The position numbers and the translations under genes are program-made. Below the pieces are notes generated by a model. The model ran no database searches, was not told the origin of the DNA, and was given only the letters and a program-made list of their open reading frames with translations. Of a DNA stretch of 64,000 nt, positions 37,382-50,079 are shown piece by piece. The DNA lies in the NCBI GenBank assembly GCA_039028615.1, contig JBCCHT010000002.1, forward strand, positions 533,547-597,546. The letters run 5' to 3'. The DNA is from Myxococcota bacterium (lineage in GTDB: Bacteria; Myxococcota_A; Polyangia; Nannocystales; Nannocystaceae). Numbering within the stretch: position 1 is the first letter of the stretch; every line of letters starts with the position of its first letter.

Positions 37382-40053
37382 AGTTCCGAATCCTTACCGC
37401 GACCGCAGCCATCGTTCGATGGGCAGGGCCGCGTCGTCGTCGTCGTCGGTGCGCAACATTTCTTGCCGCGCTCGCCGGGCTGCAGCGCCTCGCTACGCCC
37501 GGCCCCCGTGGTCTCGGGCGCGGCCCACTGCGCCCGCGCGAGCAAGAACCGCGTGGATGCGACGACGTCCACAGGCGCTTCGTTGCGAGTCATCAACTCG
37601 AGCGCACGCCGAAGGTGGCCCGCCGCGACGGCCGGCCGCCCCCACTCGAGCTCGCGCTCGCCCAACTCCGCCAGCATCACGTGCACCGTGGGGTCTTGGT
37701 CGCCGCGAGCCTCGGTTCGGATCTCCAGCGCCCGCTCGTAGGACTCACGCACCGAGGCGCCGGCCCCTGCCCTGCGCCGCGAGTCGGCAAGCTGATAGAG
37801 CGTGTCGCCGACCAAGGGGTGCGTGGGCCCGAGGACCGCCTCACGGATCTCCAGCGCGCGCCGAAACAGCGACGCCGCGCGGGCATCGTCGCCGAGCCCC
37901 ACGGCGGCCCTCCCCAGCGTATGGAGCCCGATGGCGGTGCTCGGGTGCTGGGGGCCCACCGTCTGCTCCCAGATCTCCACCGCCCGGCTCGCGTAGCCCT
38001 TCGCCTGCTCGAACGAGCCCAAGCTGCGATGAATGGCGCCCAGGTTGTTCAGCACGATGGCCGTGTTTGGATGCGCGGGCCCGAGGACGTCTTCGATGAT
38101 CTCCAGCACCCGCGTGGTGGCGACGGCAGCCCCTTCGTCGTCTCCCCGCGCATTGCGAATGGCCCCGATGCTCGACAGCCGGGTGGCCTCGCGCAGGCGG
38201 GTCGGGTCGCCGCTGTGGTGAATCGCCGCCGCTGCATGGTCCGCCCACAACAGCCCCTGCTCGGGCTGCCGGGCGGAGTAGCCCACCGTGAACGCGAGCG
38301 CGGTGGCGGCTTCGGCCGCGGTGCCCCACGAGCTCGAACGGAACGCCCGCAGGTAGGCCCGTCGCCCGACCGACTCGCTGCGCGCGAAGTCCCCAGCCGA
38401 CAGCAGCAACGATGCCTCCTCTGCCATCGCCGAAGCGATGACCGGCTCCCAGCCCACGGACTCGGCCACCTGCCGCGCATTCCGAACGACGCGCAGCCCC
38501 TCGTCGACGTGTCCGGCCTGGCGTAGTGCCGCCGCCTTCGAGACATCCTTGCGCACGGTGGCGATGGTCGGTCGCAGATCGGGTTCGGGTGGCGCCGGGA
38601 GGCCCGCGAGCACCCCGTCGTCGATGCAAAGCTCGGGGGACTCCAACTTGGCGGCGGAGTGCACCGCGACCTGCACGACGCGCTCGTCGGCCTCCACCAG
38701 CGCTTCGATCAGCGCCGACATCGAGGCCCGCTGCTCCTCGAGACACCATGCGGCTTTGTCCCGAGTCTCGGGAGACCAACGCTCGCGGATGGTCGCGTTC
38801 TCGCAGACGGAGGTTCGACTCGCGCGCCATTGCTGAGAGCGAAGATCGATCCAGGGCGCCACGTTGGCGGCCGTGGTCGCCGCATAGGGCGTTCGAGTGG
38901 CCAGCAGCGCGGCCCGGACTCGGTCGCGCGTCCCGTCGCTCCACGTGTCGTCGATGGCCGCCCCGGCGCGCTCACAGGCGGCTTGCTTCGTCGACTGTTC
39001 CCAGTGGTCGTGTCCGACCAGCGCCCCGGTCAGCGCCAGCACGGCCCCCACCGCCAGCGCGGCTCGGTTTCGTCGCCGTCGAGCGGGCTCCGCCCCCAAC
39101 GTCTCCAGGGCGTGTGCCATGTCGACGAAACGATTGCCCGGGGAAAGGGCGAGGCCCCGCTCGATGACGCGATGCAGCCACCGCGGCACGCCGCGGCGCG
39201 CAGGCGGATCCCGCAGCTGCCCTCGCAAGACGCTGAAGGCGATCGAGTTCACACATTGCCCCGCGAACGGGCGCTGTCCGTACAGCGCCTCGTACAGGAC
39301 CACGAAGAACGCGAACTGATCGGTGCACGGCCCCAGCTCCCCGTGGCCGAGCTGCTCCGGGGCCATATAGGCCGGCGTCCCCACGAAGCCGTCGCCGTTG
39401 ACCGTCGCCTCCAGCAGCGAGGTCTGGGGCACGCTGATGTCCCCATCGCTCTCCAGCTCGACGCCTTCCGCCGCCGAGCCGCCGGCCCGCACCAGGCCGA
39501 AGTCCATGACGCGCACTCGACCGTCGTCGCCGATCATCACGTTGTCGGGCTTGAAGTCGCGATGGACCAAGCCCTGCTCGTGCGCCGCCGCCAGACCGTG
39601 GCCGGCCGCCACCAGCACCTCGAGCACCTGCCGCCACGGCCGAACCGTCTCCTCGTTCGCCAGCCACCGCGTCAGCGTGGAGCCCCGCACGAACTCCATC
39701 CCCACGAAGACCTGCCCCTCGTACTCCCCGACGTCGTAGACCCCCACGACATTGGGATGACTCAGGCGAGCGAGGGCCTGCGCTTCCTTGTGCAGCCGCT
39801 TCCGTTCGAGGTTCGATCCGGCTCGACGGTGGCGCACCAGCTTGAGCGCAATGCGTCGATCGAGCTCTGGGTCGTAGGCGGAGAACACCACGCCCATCGC
39901 CCCCGCTCCGAGCCGCGCCAGCACCACATAGCGGCCGATCTTCGCTCCCGGCTCCGGCTCTCGATACCGTCGAACCGGACCATCGTCGCCGGTCTGCGTC
40001 TCGGCGCTCGTGGGGGCCAGGGTGTCCAATACGCTCTGCGGCTGCTCGGTCAT
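37378..40053 (-). CDS. Ser/Thr protein kinase with TM segment and TPR repeats (probable frameshift near the 3' end)
   Basis: LGAGAMG, IALK, HRDFKPDN, DFGL, GTPAYMAPE; GPxHP TPR repeats. Confidence 0.93.
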   Translation of the reverse strand: MTEQPQSVLDTLAPTSAETQTGDDGPVRRYREPEPGAKIGRYVVLARLGAGAMGVVFSAYDPELDRRIALKLVRHRRAGSNLERKRLHKEAQALARLSHPNVVGVYDVGEYEGQVFVGMEFVRGSTLTRWLANEETVRPWRQVLEVLVAAGHGLAAAHEQGLVHRDFKPDNVMIGDDGRVRVMDFGLVRAGGSAAEGVELESDGDISVPQTSLLEATVNGDGFVGTPAYMAPEQLGHGELGPCTDQFAFFVVLYEALYGQRPFAGQCVNSIAFSVLRGQLRDPPARRGVPRWLHRVIERGLALSPGNRFVDMAHALETLGAEPARRRRNRAALAVGAVLALTGALVGHDHWEQSTKQAACERAGAAIDDTWSDGTRDRVRAALLATRTPYAATTAANVAPWIDLRSQQWRASRTSVCENATIRERWSPETRDKAAWCLEEQRASMSALIEALVEADERVVQVAVHSAAKLESPELCIDDGVLAGLPAPPEPDLRPTIATVRKDVSKAAALRQAGHVDEGLRVVRNARQVAESVGWEPVIASAMAEEASLLLSAGDFARSESVGRRAYLRAFRSSSWGTAAEAATALAFTVGYSARQPEQGLLWADHAAAAIHHSGDPTRLREATRLSSIGAIRNARGDDEGAAVATTRVLEIIEDVLGPAHPNTAIVLNNLGAIHRSLGSFEQAKGYASRAVEIWEQTVGPQHPSTAIGLHTLGRAAVGLGDDARAASLFRRALEIREAVLGPTHPLVGDTLYQLADSRRRAGAGASVRESYERALEIRTEARGDQDPTVHVMLAELGERELEWGRPAVAAGHLRRALELMTRNEAPVDVVASTRFLLARAQWAAPETTGAGRSEALQPGERGKKCCAPTTTTTRPCPSNDGCGRGKDSEL

Positions 40054-40268
40054 TCAGCGTCGTTCCTACCTACCCCCGCAACGGTCGAACCGTAGCAACG
40101 CACGAGTCGGACGCCGCGCCCCTTCGACGAACGGTCGCTCGCGTCGACGAACGGTCGACCTGGCGTACCGCGAGTCCGGCTACGGGCCACTGCCCAGGAG
40201 CGCGGCTCGATTGCACTGCGCTACCGATTAATCCGAACTCGAAAGACCGAACAAACGAGCGCGGCGAA

Positions 40269-41393
40269 CTAGCGAACGAAGGGCTTGGCCATCACCCAGG
40301 TCGCGCGGCGGAACCACAGCTCCGCGACCTCTTGGGCCGGCTTGTCCTCGGTCGCTTCGCGCTGGGTGAAGCGCAGCATCGAGTCGATGTAGACGTAGCC
40401 ACACTCCTCGGTATGCGCTTGGCACTTGAGCTTGCCGTCTTCGGGAGCCAGCAACGAGCGCCCCGCGATGCCGCCGTCGAGCGAGACCTTGCCCTCGAAC
40501 CACGTGGCCTGGGCCTCTCCCAGCTTGTAGATGGCGACCACCTTGGCCCCGTCGAAATCGACCTCGAGCCGCGGCTTGGCCTCGGCGGCCGCCCCTTCCT
40601 CGAGGTAGCTGCCGCCGTGGGCCTTGGCCACCGCCTTGCCCACCGCCGCCTCGAGGTCATCGGAGGACTTGGCCAGCGCCTTGACCCGCTCGCCCGCCGA
40701 GCGCCCGACCTGTTGGGCCTTGTCCTCAGAGCGAAAGACGGCCGCGTTGTCGAGCGCGAGCCGGGCCTTGCTCAGCTCGAGCATGCCCAGGCGCAGCTGC
40801 TTGGCGTGCTCACGAGCGGCCTTGCCCACCTGCGCGTCCTGAGCGAGACGGGCGACTTCCTTGAGCCGCGGCACGTGTTCATCGAGCGCAGCATCGAGGG
40901 CTCGCAGCTCGGCTTCCGCCCCGGCGATGGCTCGTCGTGCCGGACCATCGCCGAACACTTGTCCCTCACCCCAGCGGCCCTGCGGCGCTTCCGACTCGCA
41001 GGTGTGGCAGATCGGCGGCCCCGGATCGGTGTAGCGCTCGTCGATCGGCACCTCGAAGAAGCGAGAGTACTGGCGCGCGAAGGCCAGCTGCCGCTCGCGC
41101 TCGGCGATGACCTCGTCGTAGGACTCGGCCACGACGAAGCCCCACGGCGTGCCGCCCTCGCGCCACGCGATGGTCCAGCGAGTGCACGTGAGCGTGCCCG
41201 GATCGGCGGAGGTCGCCGAGCGAGCACCATCGCAAGACTCCAGCAACACCGGCTCGGCCGCCGCGATGGACGAAGGAGCCGGAGCACTCGGCTGCGGAGA
41301 CGCCACCGGAGGAGTCACGGGCGCGGGAAGATCCTCCGCGCTCGGGCCAGTGACCAAGAACAACAACAACGGCAGGGCAGATCGAACGACCAC
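40269..41393 (-). CDS. hypothetical exported protein
   Basis: Signal peptide, Pro linker, helical mid-region, high GC3. Confidence 0.7.
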   Translation of the reverse strand: MVVRSALPLLLFLVTGPSAEDLPAPVTPPVASPQPSAPAPSSIAAAEPVLLESCDGARSATSADPGTLTCTRWTIAWREGGTPWGFVVAESYDEVIAERERQLAFARQYSRFFEVPIDERYTDPGPPICHTCESEAPQGRWGEGQVFGDGPARRAIAGAEAELRALDAALDEHVPRLKEVARLAQDAQVGKAAREHAKQLRLGMLELSKARLALDNAAVFRSEDKAQQVGRSAGERVKALAKSSDDLEAAVGKAVAKAHGGSYLEEGAAAEAKPRLEVDFDGAKVVAIYKLGEAQATWFEGKVSLDGGIAGRSLLAPEDGKLKCQAHTEECGYVYIDSMLRFTQREATEDKPAQEVAELWFRRATWVMAKPFVR

Positions 41394-41625
41394 GAGACTG
41401 TGGGCAGATTAGCAGCCCAACCGGGCCACGCTCGCCCCCGGGGGGCACCAACCGTGCACCGGGTCACGCTTTCCTCCAGGACGAACGCACGCAGCCGCGC
41501 GAATCTCGCCCGGGCGACGGCGTGCGCGGCGTGGACCCCCGAGGGAACGGGCGTTGCTGGCCCCTTCGGGGCGGATCCCCGCGGGCCGTGCAACGCCCGG
41601 TCGCCGCGGTCGATTGCTTCCCCAC

Positions 41626-42924
41626 GTGACCCCAGCATGCTCGTCCACCACGGCCGGAACCCTCTCCGAAGCCCGTCCTCGCCCCCGTCGATTGCGGTGC
41701 ATCGCGCTGGAACTCGACGGCGGGCGCCGGATCGCAGTGCCGCCCCGCGAGCCGCTGCGCGTGGGCAAGGGCCCCGACATCGACCTCGAGCTCGACGATC
41801 GCTACGTCAGCGGCCGCCATGCGACCGTCCGGCTGGCCCGCGATGGCGTCGTCGTCGAGGACCTCGGCTCCAAGAACGGAACCTATGTCGACGGGGTGGT
41901 CGTCGACCGAGCCTGGGCCCAGCTGGGCGCGGTGCTGCGCTTCGGGCGGGTGAGCGCACGAGTCGTCAGCGGCGGCGAGCCCTCGGTGGGCCGCGAGGAG
42001 TTCTCCGAGCTCGCGGTGGTCGGCACCAGCCCGGCGTTTCGCTCCGTCGTCGAGAAACTCGAGCGCATCGCCCGGGTCCGCTCTCCGGTGCTGCTGCGAG
42101 GAGAGACCGGCACGGGCAAGGAGGTCGCCGCTCGGGTGGTGCATCGCCACAGCGAGCGGCGGGCTCGCCCCTTCGTCGCCATCAACTGCGGGGCCATCCC
42201 CGAGTCGCTGGCCGAGAGCGAGCTGTTCGGTCACGTGCGCGGGGCCTTCACCGGGGCGCATCGCGATCGTCAGGGGGCCTTCAGCCGGGCCGACGGAGGC
42301 ACCCTGCTGCTCGACGAGGTCGCCGAGCTCGCTCCTCTCATCCAGGCCAAGCTCCTGCGTGTCCTGGAGACGGGGCGCATGCTCCCCGTCGGCGCCGAGA
42401 CGGAGCAACCGATCGACGTCCGGGTGATCGCCGCGACCCATCGCGACCTCGAGGCGATGATCACCACGGGCGAGCTGCGCGAAGACCTCTATCACCGCCT
42501 CGGCGTGCTCACGCTCAAGCTGCCGCCGCTTCGGGAGCGTCGCGAGGACATCCCGGGCCTGCTCGAGCACTTCGCCCGCCGGGCCGCCGCCGAGCTCGGG
42601 TATCCGATCGAGTTCACCGAGGCCGCCATCACGGCCGCCACCCGTCACTCCTGGCCGGGCAACATTCGGGCGCTCCGCAATGCCGTGCTTCGGGCCGGAG
42701 CCATGGGTGAGGGCGTGATCCAGCCGCAGACGCTCGTGCCGCGCCCGACCCCGCCGCCCGAGGCCATCCCGCCCGGCTGCATGGTCGTGCCGCGGGGCGA
42801 TTTCAACGCGATGCGCCACGCGATCATCGAACAGGTCATCGACGAAGAGGGTAGCATTCGCCGCGCCGCCAAGGTCCTGGGCATCCCTCGCACGACCCTG
42901 GGCAACTGGCTTCGTCGGGCCTGA
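41626..42924 (+). CDS. FHA-domain sigma54-dependent transcriptional activator
   Basis: FHA VSGRHA, DLGSKNGT; GETGTGKE, GAFTGA, WPGNIRAL; Fis-type HTH. Start uncertain. Confidence 0.93.
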   Translation: MTPACSSTTAGTLSEARPRPRRLRCIALELDGGRRIAVPPREPLRVGKGPDIDLELDDRYVSGRHATVRLARDGVVVEDLGSKNGTYVDGVVVDRAWAQLGAVLRFGRVSARVVSGGEPSVGREEFSELAVVGTSPAFRSVVEKLERIARVRSPVLLRGETGTGKEVAARVVHRHSERRARPFVAINCGAIPESLAESELFGHVRGAFTGAHRDRQGAFSRADGGTLLLDEVAELAPLIQAKLLRVLETGRMLPVGAETEQPIDVRVIAATHRDLEAMITTGELREDLYHRLGVLTLKLPPLRERREDIPGLLEHFARRAAAELGYPIEFTEAAITAATRHSWPGNIRALRNAVLRAGAMGEGVIQPQTLVPRPTPPPEAIPPGCMVVPRGDFNAMRHAIIEQVIDEEGSIRRAAKVLGIPRTTLGNWLRRA

Positions 42925-42940
42925 AGGGCCCCGAGCCCGC

Positions 42941-43558
42941 TCAGGCTTCGTCGACGAGCACCAGTCGCTCCACGGACTCCCGCAGGTCGCGGCGATAGTC
43001 CCGAACGAGCGTATGCGAGGCGCGACCCAAGATCCGCGACAAGGCAGGCGAGGCCACGCCGAAGTAGCTCACCGATCCGGCGAGGTGGACCACGAACATG
43101 GTCGGATCCACCGGTCGGAACGCTCCCGCCGCCTGGCCCTCGCGCAAGAACGCGGTGAAGTTGCCGATGACCGGGGCCAGCGGCAGCTCGCTCGCTTCCT
43201 CGATCCGCGTGCCCCGGTCGAGCATGTCGCGGAGCAGCAACACGCAGTGGTCGGGCCGCTCCTGGCTCCACCGCCAAAAGCGTCGGGTCAGGCGACGCAG
43301 CTTGGTCGCGTAGTCGCCTTCGCCCCGGGTCCCCCGCTCGAGCACCTCGGCCAGTTGCTTGGCAATCCGCCGCAGCACCTCACCGTAGAGCCGCTCCTTG
43401 CGAGGAAAGTGATGAAGCAACGAGGCGGTGGGAATGCCCAGCTCGCCCGCGACATCGCGGACCGAGGTCCCGTGCACGCCGCGGGCCGCGAAGAGGCGCT
43501 CGGCCACATCGAGGATTTGCTGGCGGGCGCGCTCGCCCTTTGCGGTGGTCTTGGCCAT
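42941..43558 (-). CDS. TetR-family transcriptional regulator
   Basis: ILDVAERLFAARGVHGTSVRDVA...LLHHFPRKE. Confidence 0.93.
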   Translation of the reverse strand: MAKTTAKGERARQQILDVAERLFAARGVHGTSVRDVAGELGIPTASLLHHFPRKERLYGEVLRRIAKQLAEVLERGTRGEGDYATKLRRLTRRFWRWSQERPDHCVLLLRDMLDRGTRIEEASELPLAPVIGNFTAFLREGQAAGAFRPVDPTMFVVHLAGSVSYFGVASPALSRILGRASHTLVRDYRRDLRESVERLVLVDEA

Positions 43559-43562
43559 GCCA

Positions 43563-43588
43563 AGAAACCGTACGACTGTACGGTTTCT
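43563..43588. promoter_or_regulatory. perfect 11-bp inverted repeat, likely TetR operator
   Basis: AGAAACCGTAC-gact-GTACGGTTTCT, 4 nt upstream of the tetR ATG. Confidence 0.7.
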
Positions 43589-43676
43589 CGAGGGTCGCGG
43601 TCAACCCGCTCTCGGACCCAGCTCCCCAAGATGCCTCCAGGAGGGCCTCGGAGGGCGAATGCCGGCGTTTGGGTGG

Positions 43677-44390
43677 CTACCCCGACGTTTTGTCGGCGGC
43701 GGCCGGATCGTCGAAGCGCCACGGGCCGCGCCGATGCGGATGGTCGAGCCCGACGTTCAATCGCTGCAGGAACTCGGGCAGCTCGATCTCGTGGGCCCCG
43801 AAACGCAGCAGGTGATCGGTGACGACCTGGCAGTCGATCATCGAAAAGCCCCAGGCCCCAAGCTGCTGCACGAGCGCGACGAAGGCCAGCTTGGAAGCAT
43901 CGGGTCGGCGGGCAAACATGCTCTCGCCGAAGAACACCCCGCCCAGGCTCACCCCATAGAGCCCGCCCACCAGCTCGTCGCCGTCCCAGGCTTCCACCGA
44001 GTGGGTGATCCCGCGGCGGTGCAGCTCGACATAGGCCTCCTGCATGTCCCGCGTGATCCAGGTCCCAAATTGATCGGGCCGAGCCGTCTCGGCGCACGCC
44101 ACGATCACCTCGGAGAAGGCCTCGTCCAGGCTCAGCCGGAACGGGGCCCGGCGCTGGGTCTTGCGCAGGCTTCGACCGACGTGGAGGTTCTCGGGCAGCA
44201 GCACCAGCCGCGGCGACGGGCACCACCACAGGATCGGCCGCCCCTCGCTGTACCAGGGGAAGATCCCCTGCGAATAGGCGTGCACGACTCGCTCGGGAGA
44301 CAGGTCACCACCCACCGCGAGCAACCCGTCCTCGGTAGCTTCAGAGGGCTGTGGGAACCACAGCGCGTCCGACAGGGCGTAGACGGGCAC
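43677..44390 (-). CDS. aat: leucyl/phenylalanyl-tRNA-protein transferase
   Basis: GLLAVGGDLS, AYSQGIFPW, WWCPSPR, HSVEAW, GGLYGV, FFGESMF. Confidence 0.95.
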   Translation of the reverse strand: MPVYALSDALWFPQPSEATEDGLLAVGGDLSPERVVHAYSQGIFPWYSEGRPILWWCPSPRLVLLPENLHVGRSLRKTQRRAPFRLSLDEAFSEVIVACAETARPDQFGTWITRDMQEAYVELHRRGITHSVEAWDGDELVGGLYGVSLGGVFFGESMFARRPDASKLAFVALVQQLGAWGFSMIDCQVVTDHLLRFGAHEIELPEFLQRLNVGLDHPHRRGPWRFDDPAAADKTSG

Positions 44391-44453
44391 GGCGGCTGGG
44401 GAGTGTAGCAGCCCTCGTGCAGGACCCACGGGCCTAGCGTATAGTCGCTGACC

Positions 44454-46213
<1,760 letters not shown>

Positions 46214-46224
46214 TCCGTCCGTTC

Positions 46225-47961
<1,737 letters not shown>

Positions 47962-47976
47962 GCCTCTCCTGCCCCG

Positions 47977-48687
47977 TCAGGCACTCAGTCGCGCCACGAG
48001 AGCGATGACGGCCGTCTCCACCCGAAGGATTCGCGGCCCCATCGTGACCGGCTCGAACCCCGCCGCGGCGAGCATCTCCAGCTCGAACGGCACCCAGCCT
48101 CCCTCGGGCCCGATCGCCACCGTGGTCCGTTCGTTCGAAGCAACCGGGGGTGACGCACTCGGCATGGGCTCGGCCACCAGCCGCCGCCCCGAGCCCGCAA
48201 AGCGGGGCAGCTCGTCCTCGATGAAGGGCCGAAAGCGCGGCCACTGCTCGACCCTGGGCAGCACCGTGTCTCGGGCCTGCTCGAGCCCCAGCCGCAGCTG
48301 CTCCGCCACCGCGTCCGGGCGCAGCGAGTGCGACGTCCAGAAGCTCTTCTCGACGCGCGCAGCGTGGATGAAGGCGATGTGCTTGACCCCCATCGCGGTC
48401 ACGGCCGACAGCAAGCGTCGCAGCATGGGCGGCCGCGGCAGCGCAATGACGAGCCGCAAGGGCACGGGCGGCGGAGGCTCTTCGTCGACCGAGTAGCGCA
48501 CCCACGCGCCCTCCTCGTCGACCCGATCGATGGACCCCTGCCCCACCTTGCCGCCCAGCTCACCCACGCGCAGGGTATCGCCCGCGCCCTTGCCCAGCAC
48601 CGTGCGCAGGTGCTTGGCTTTGCGCCCACCGACGCAGGCCAGCCCCGGCTCGCGGCGCTCGGAGGGCTCGATGAGCAGCAGGTTCAT
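47977..48687 (-). CDS. rsmE: 16S rRNA m3U1498 methyltransferase
   Basis: HLRTVL, ALPRP, IGPEGGW, MGPRILRVETA. Confidence 0.93.
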   Translation of the reverse strand: MNLLLIEPSERREPGLACVGGRKAKHLRTVLGKGAGDTLRVGELGGKVGQGSIDRVDEEGAWVRYSVDEEPPPPVPLRLVIALPRPPMLRRLLSAVTAMGVKHIAFIHAARVEKSFWTSHSLRPDAVAEQLRLGLEQARDTVLPRVEQWPRFRPFIEDELPRFAGSGRRLVAEPMPSASPPVASNERTTVAIGPEGGWVPFELEMLAAAGFEPVTMGPRILRVETAVIALVARLSA

Positions 48688-48702
48688 GGCCCCGGCCCGG
48701 GC

Positions 48703-50058
48703 CTAGAAAAACTCGCCGGTCACCAGGATGTACGCCATGATCCCGGCCACCGCGAGCGGGCACAAAAAGCGGATCGCCACCGACAGCAGCGGCGAGATGC
48801 TCGGGTTGCCCATCTCGCCCAGCGCCTTGTCCACGCCCCAGCGCCAGCCCGCGAACACCGAGATGAGCAGCGCCCCGAGCGACAACGAGATGTTGCCGAA
48901 CAGGATGTTCATCAGGTCGAGGAAGCTCTGGCCAAAGGCGGAGATGTCCATCGCGCCCTGCGAAAGCGCGGACGGAATGGCGAGCAGGAAGCAGCCGAAC
49001 GCCACCGTCCACACCGCCTTCTCCCGGTTCCAGCCCTTTTCGCCGACCACGTAGGCGACCACCACCTCGAGCAGGCTGATGGTGGAGGTCAGGGCCGCCA
49101 CCGCGAGCAGGGCGTAAAACGCCATGCCGAAGATCTGACCGGCGGGCAGCTGCTCGAAGATGGCGGGCATCGCCACGAACACCAGGCCCGGGCCGCCCGA
49201 GGGCTCCGCCCCCACCGAGAACAGCGCGGGGAAGATGATGAGCCCGGCCAGGATGGCGATGACGGTGTCGAAGATCGCCACTGAGACGCCGGCCGCGACC
49301 AGCGACTCCTTCTTCTGGAGATAGGAGCCGTAGGTGATCATCGCGCCCATGCCCAGGCTCAGCGAGAACAGAGCCTGGCCCAGCGCCGACATCACGGCCG
49401 CGCCGCTGAGCTTGGAGAAGTCGGGCTCGAACAGGAACGCCAGCCCCTCGCCGCCGCCGGGCAGGGTCACCGCACGTCCGGCCAGCACCAGCAGCACCAC
49501 GAAGAAGATCGGCATCAGGACCTTCGCCGCCCGCTCGATGCCACCGCTGACTCCACCGCGTACCACCGCCGCGGTCAGGGCCAGGAACACGCCCGACATC
49601 GCCACCGTCTCGACGGGGTTGCTGATGATCTGCCCGAAGATTTCGCCGCTCTTCTCCGGCGTCATGCCGCTGGCGAAGGTGCCCGTCGCCGCGCGAGCGA
49701 GGTACGAGACCGTCCAGCCCGCGATGACGCTGTAGAACGACAGGATGCCGAAGCCGGTGAGCACCCCGAGTCGGCCGACCCACGGCCACAGCCCGCCGCC
49801 CTTGGGATCGAGCGCCCGGAAGGCCCCGACCGGATTCTTGCCCGACGCGCGACCGATCGACAGCTCCGCGAGCAGCACGGGCATGCCGATGAGCGCCACG
49901 AACCCGAGGTAGACGAGCACGAACGCCGCCCCGCCGTTTTCTCCCGCGGTGTAGGGAAAGCGCCAGATGTTGCCCAGGCCGATGGCCGAGCCCGATGCCG
50001 CAAGGATGAAGCCCAGCCGAGAGCCGAACTGTCCGCTGGATGCCGAGGGTGCGCTCAC
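48703..50058 (-). CDS. sodium-dependent transporter (NSS family)
   Basis: GSAIGLGNIWRFPY, GGAAF, QALFSLSLG, GPGLVF. Confidence 0.95.
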   Translation of the reverse strand: MSAPSASSGQFGSRLGFILAASGSAIGLGNIWRFPYTAGENGGAAFVLVYLGFVALIGMPVLLAELSIGRASGKNPVGAFRALDPKGGGLWPWVGRLGVLTGFGILSFYSVIAGWTVSYLARAATGTFASGMTPEKSGEIFGQIISNPVETVAMSGVFLALTAAVVRGGVSGGIERAAKVLMPIFFVVLLVLAGRAVTLPGGGEGLAFLFEPDFSKLSGAAVMSALGQALFSLSLGMGAMITYGSYLQKKESLVAAGVSVAIFDTVIAILAGLIIFPALFSVGAEPSGGPGLVFVAMPAIFEQLPAGQIFGMAFYALLAVAALTSTISLLEVVVAYVVGEKGWNREKAVWTVAFGCFLLAIPSALSQGAMDISAFGQSFLDLMNILFGNISLSLGALLISVFAGWRWGVDKALGEMGNPSISPLLSVAIRFLCPLAVAGIMAYILVTGEFF

Positions 50059-50079
50059 GGGGTCCTCCTGCCGTCGAGG

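Noticed and set aside
40332..42710. 792-aa plus-strand ORF
   Set aside because: Shadow of the minus-strand hypothetical gene and off-frame of the sigma54 activator.
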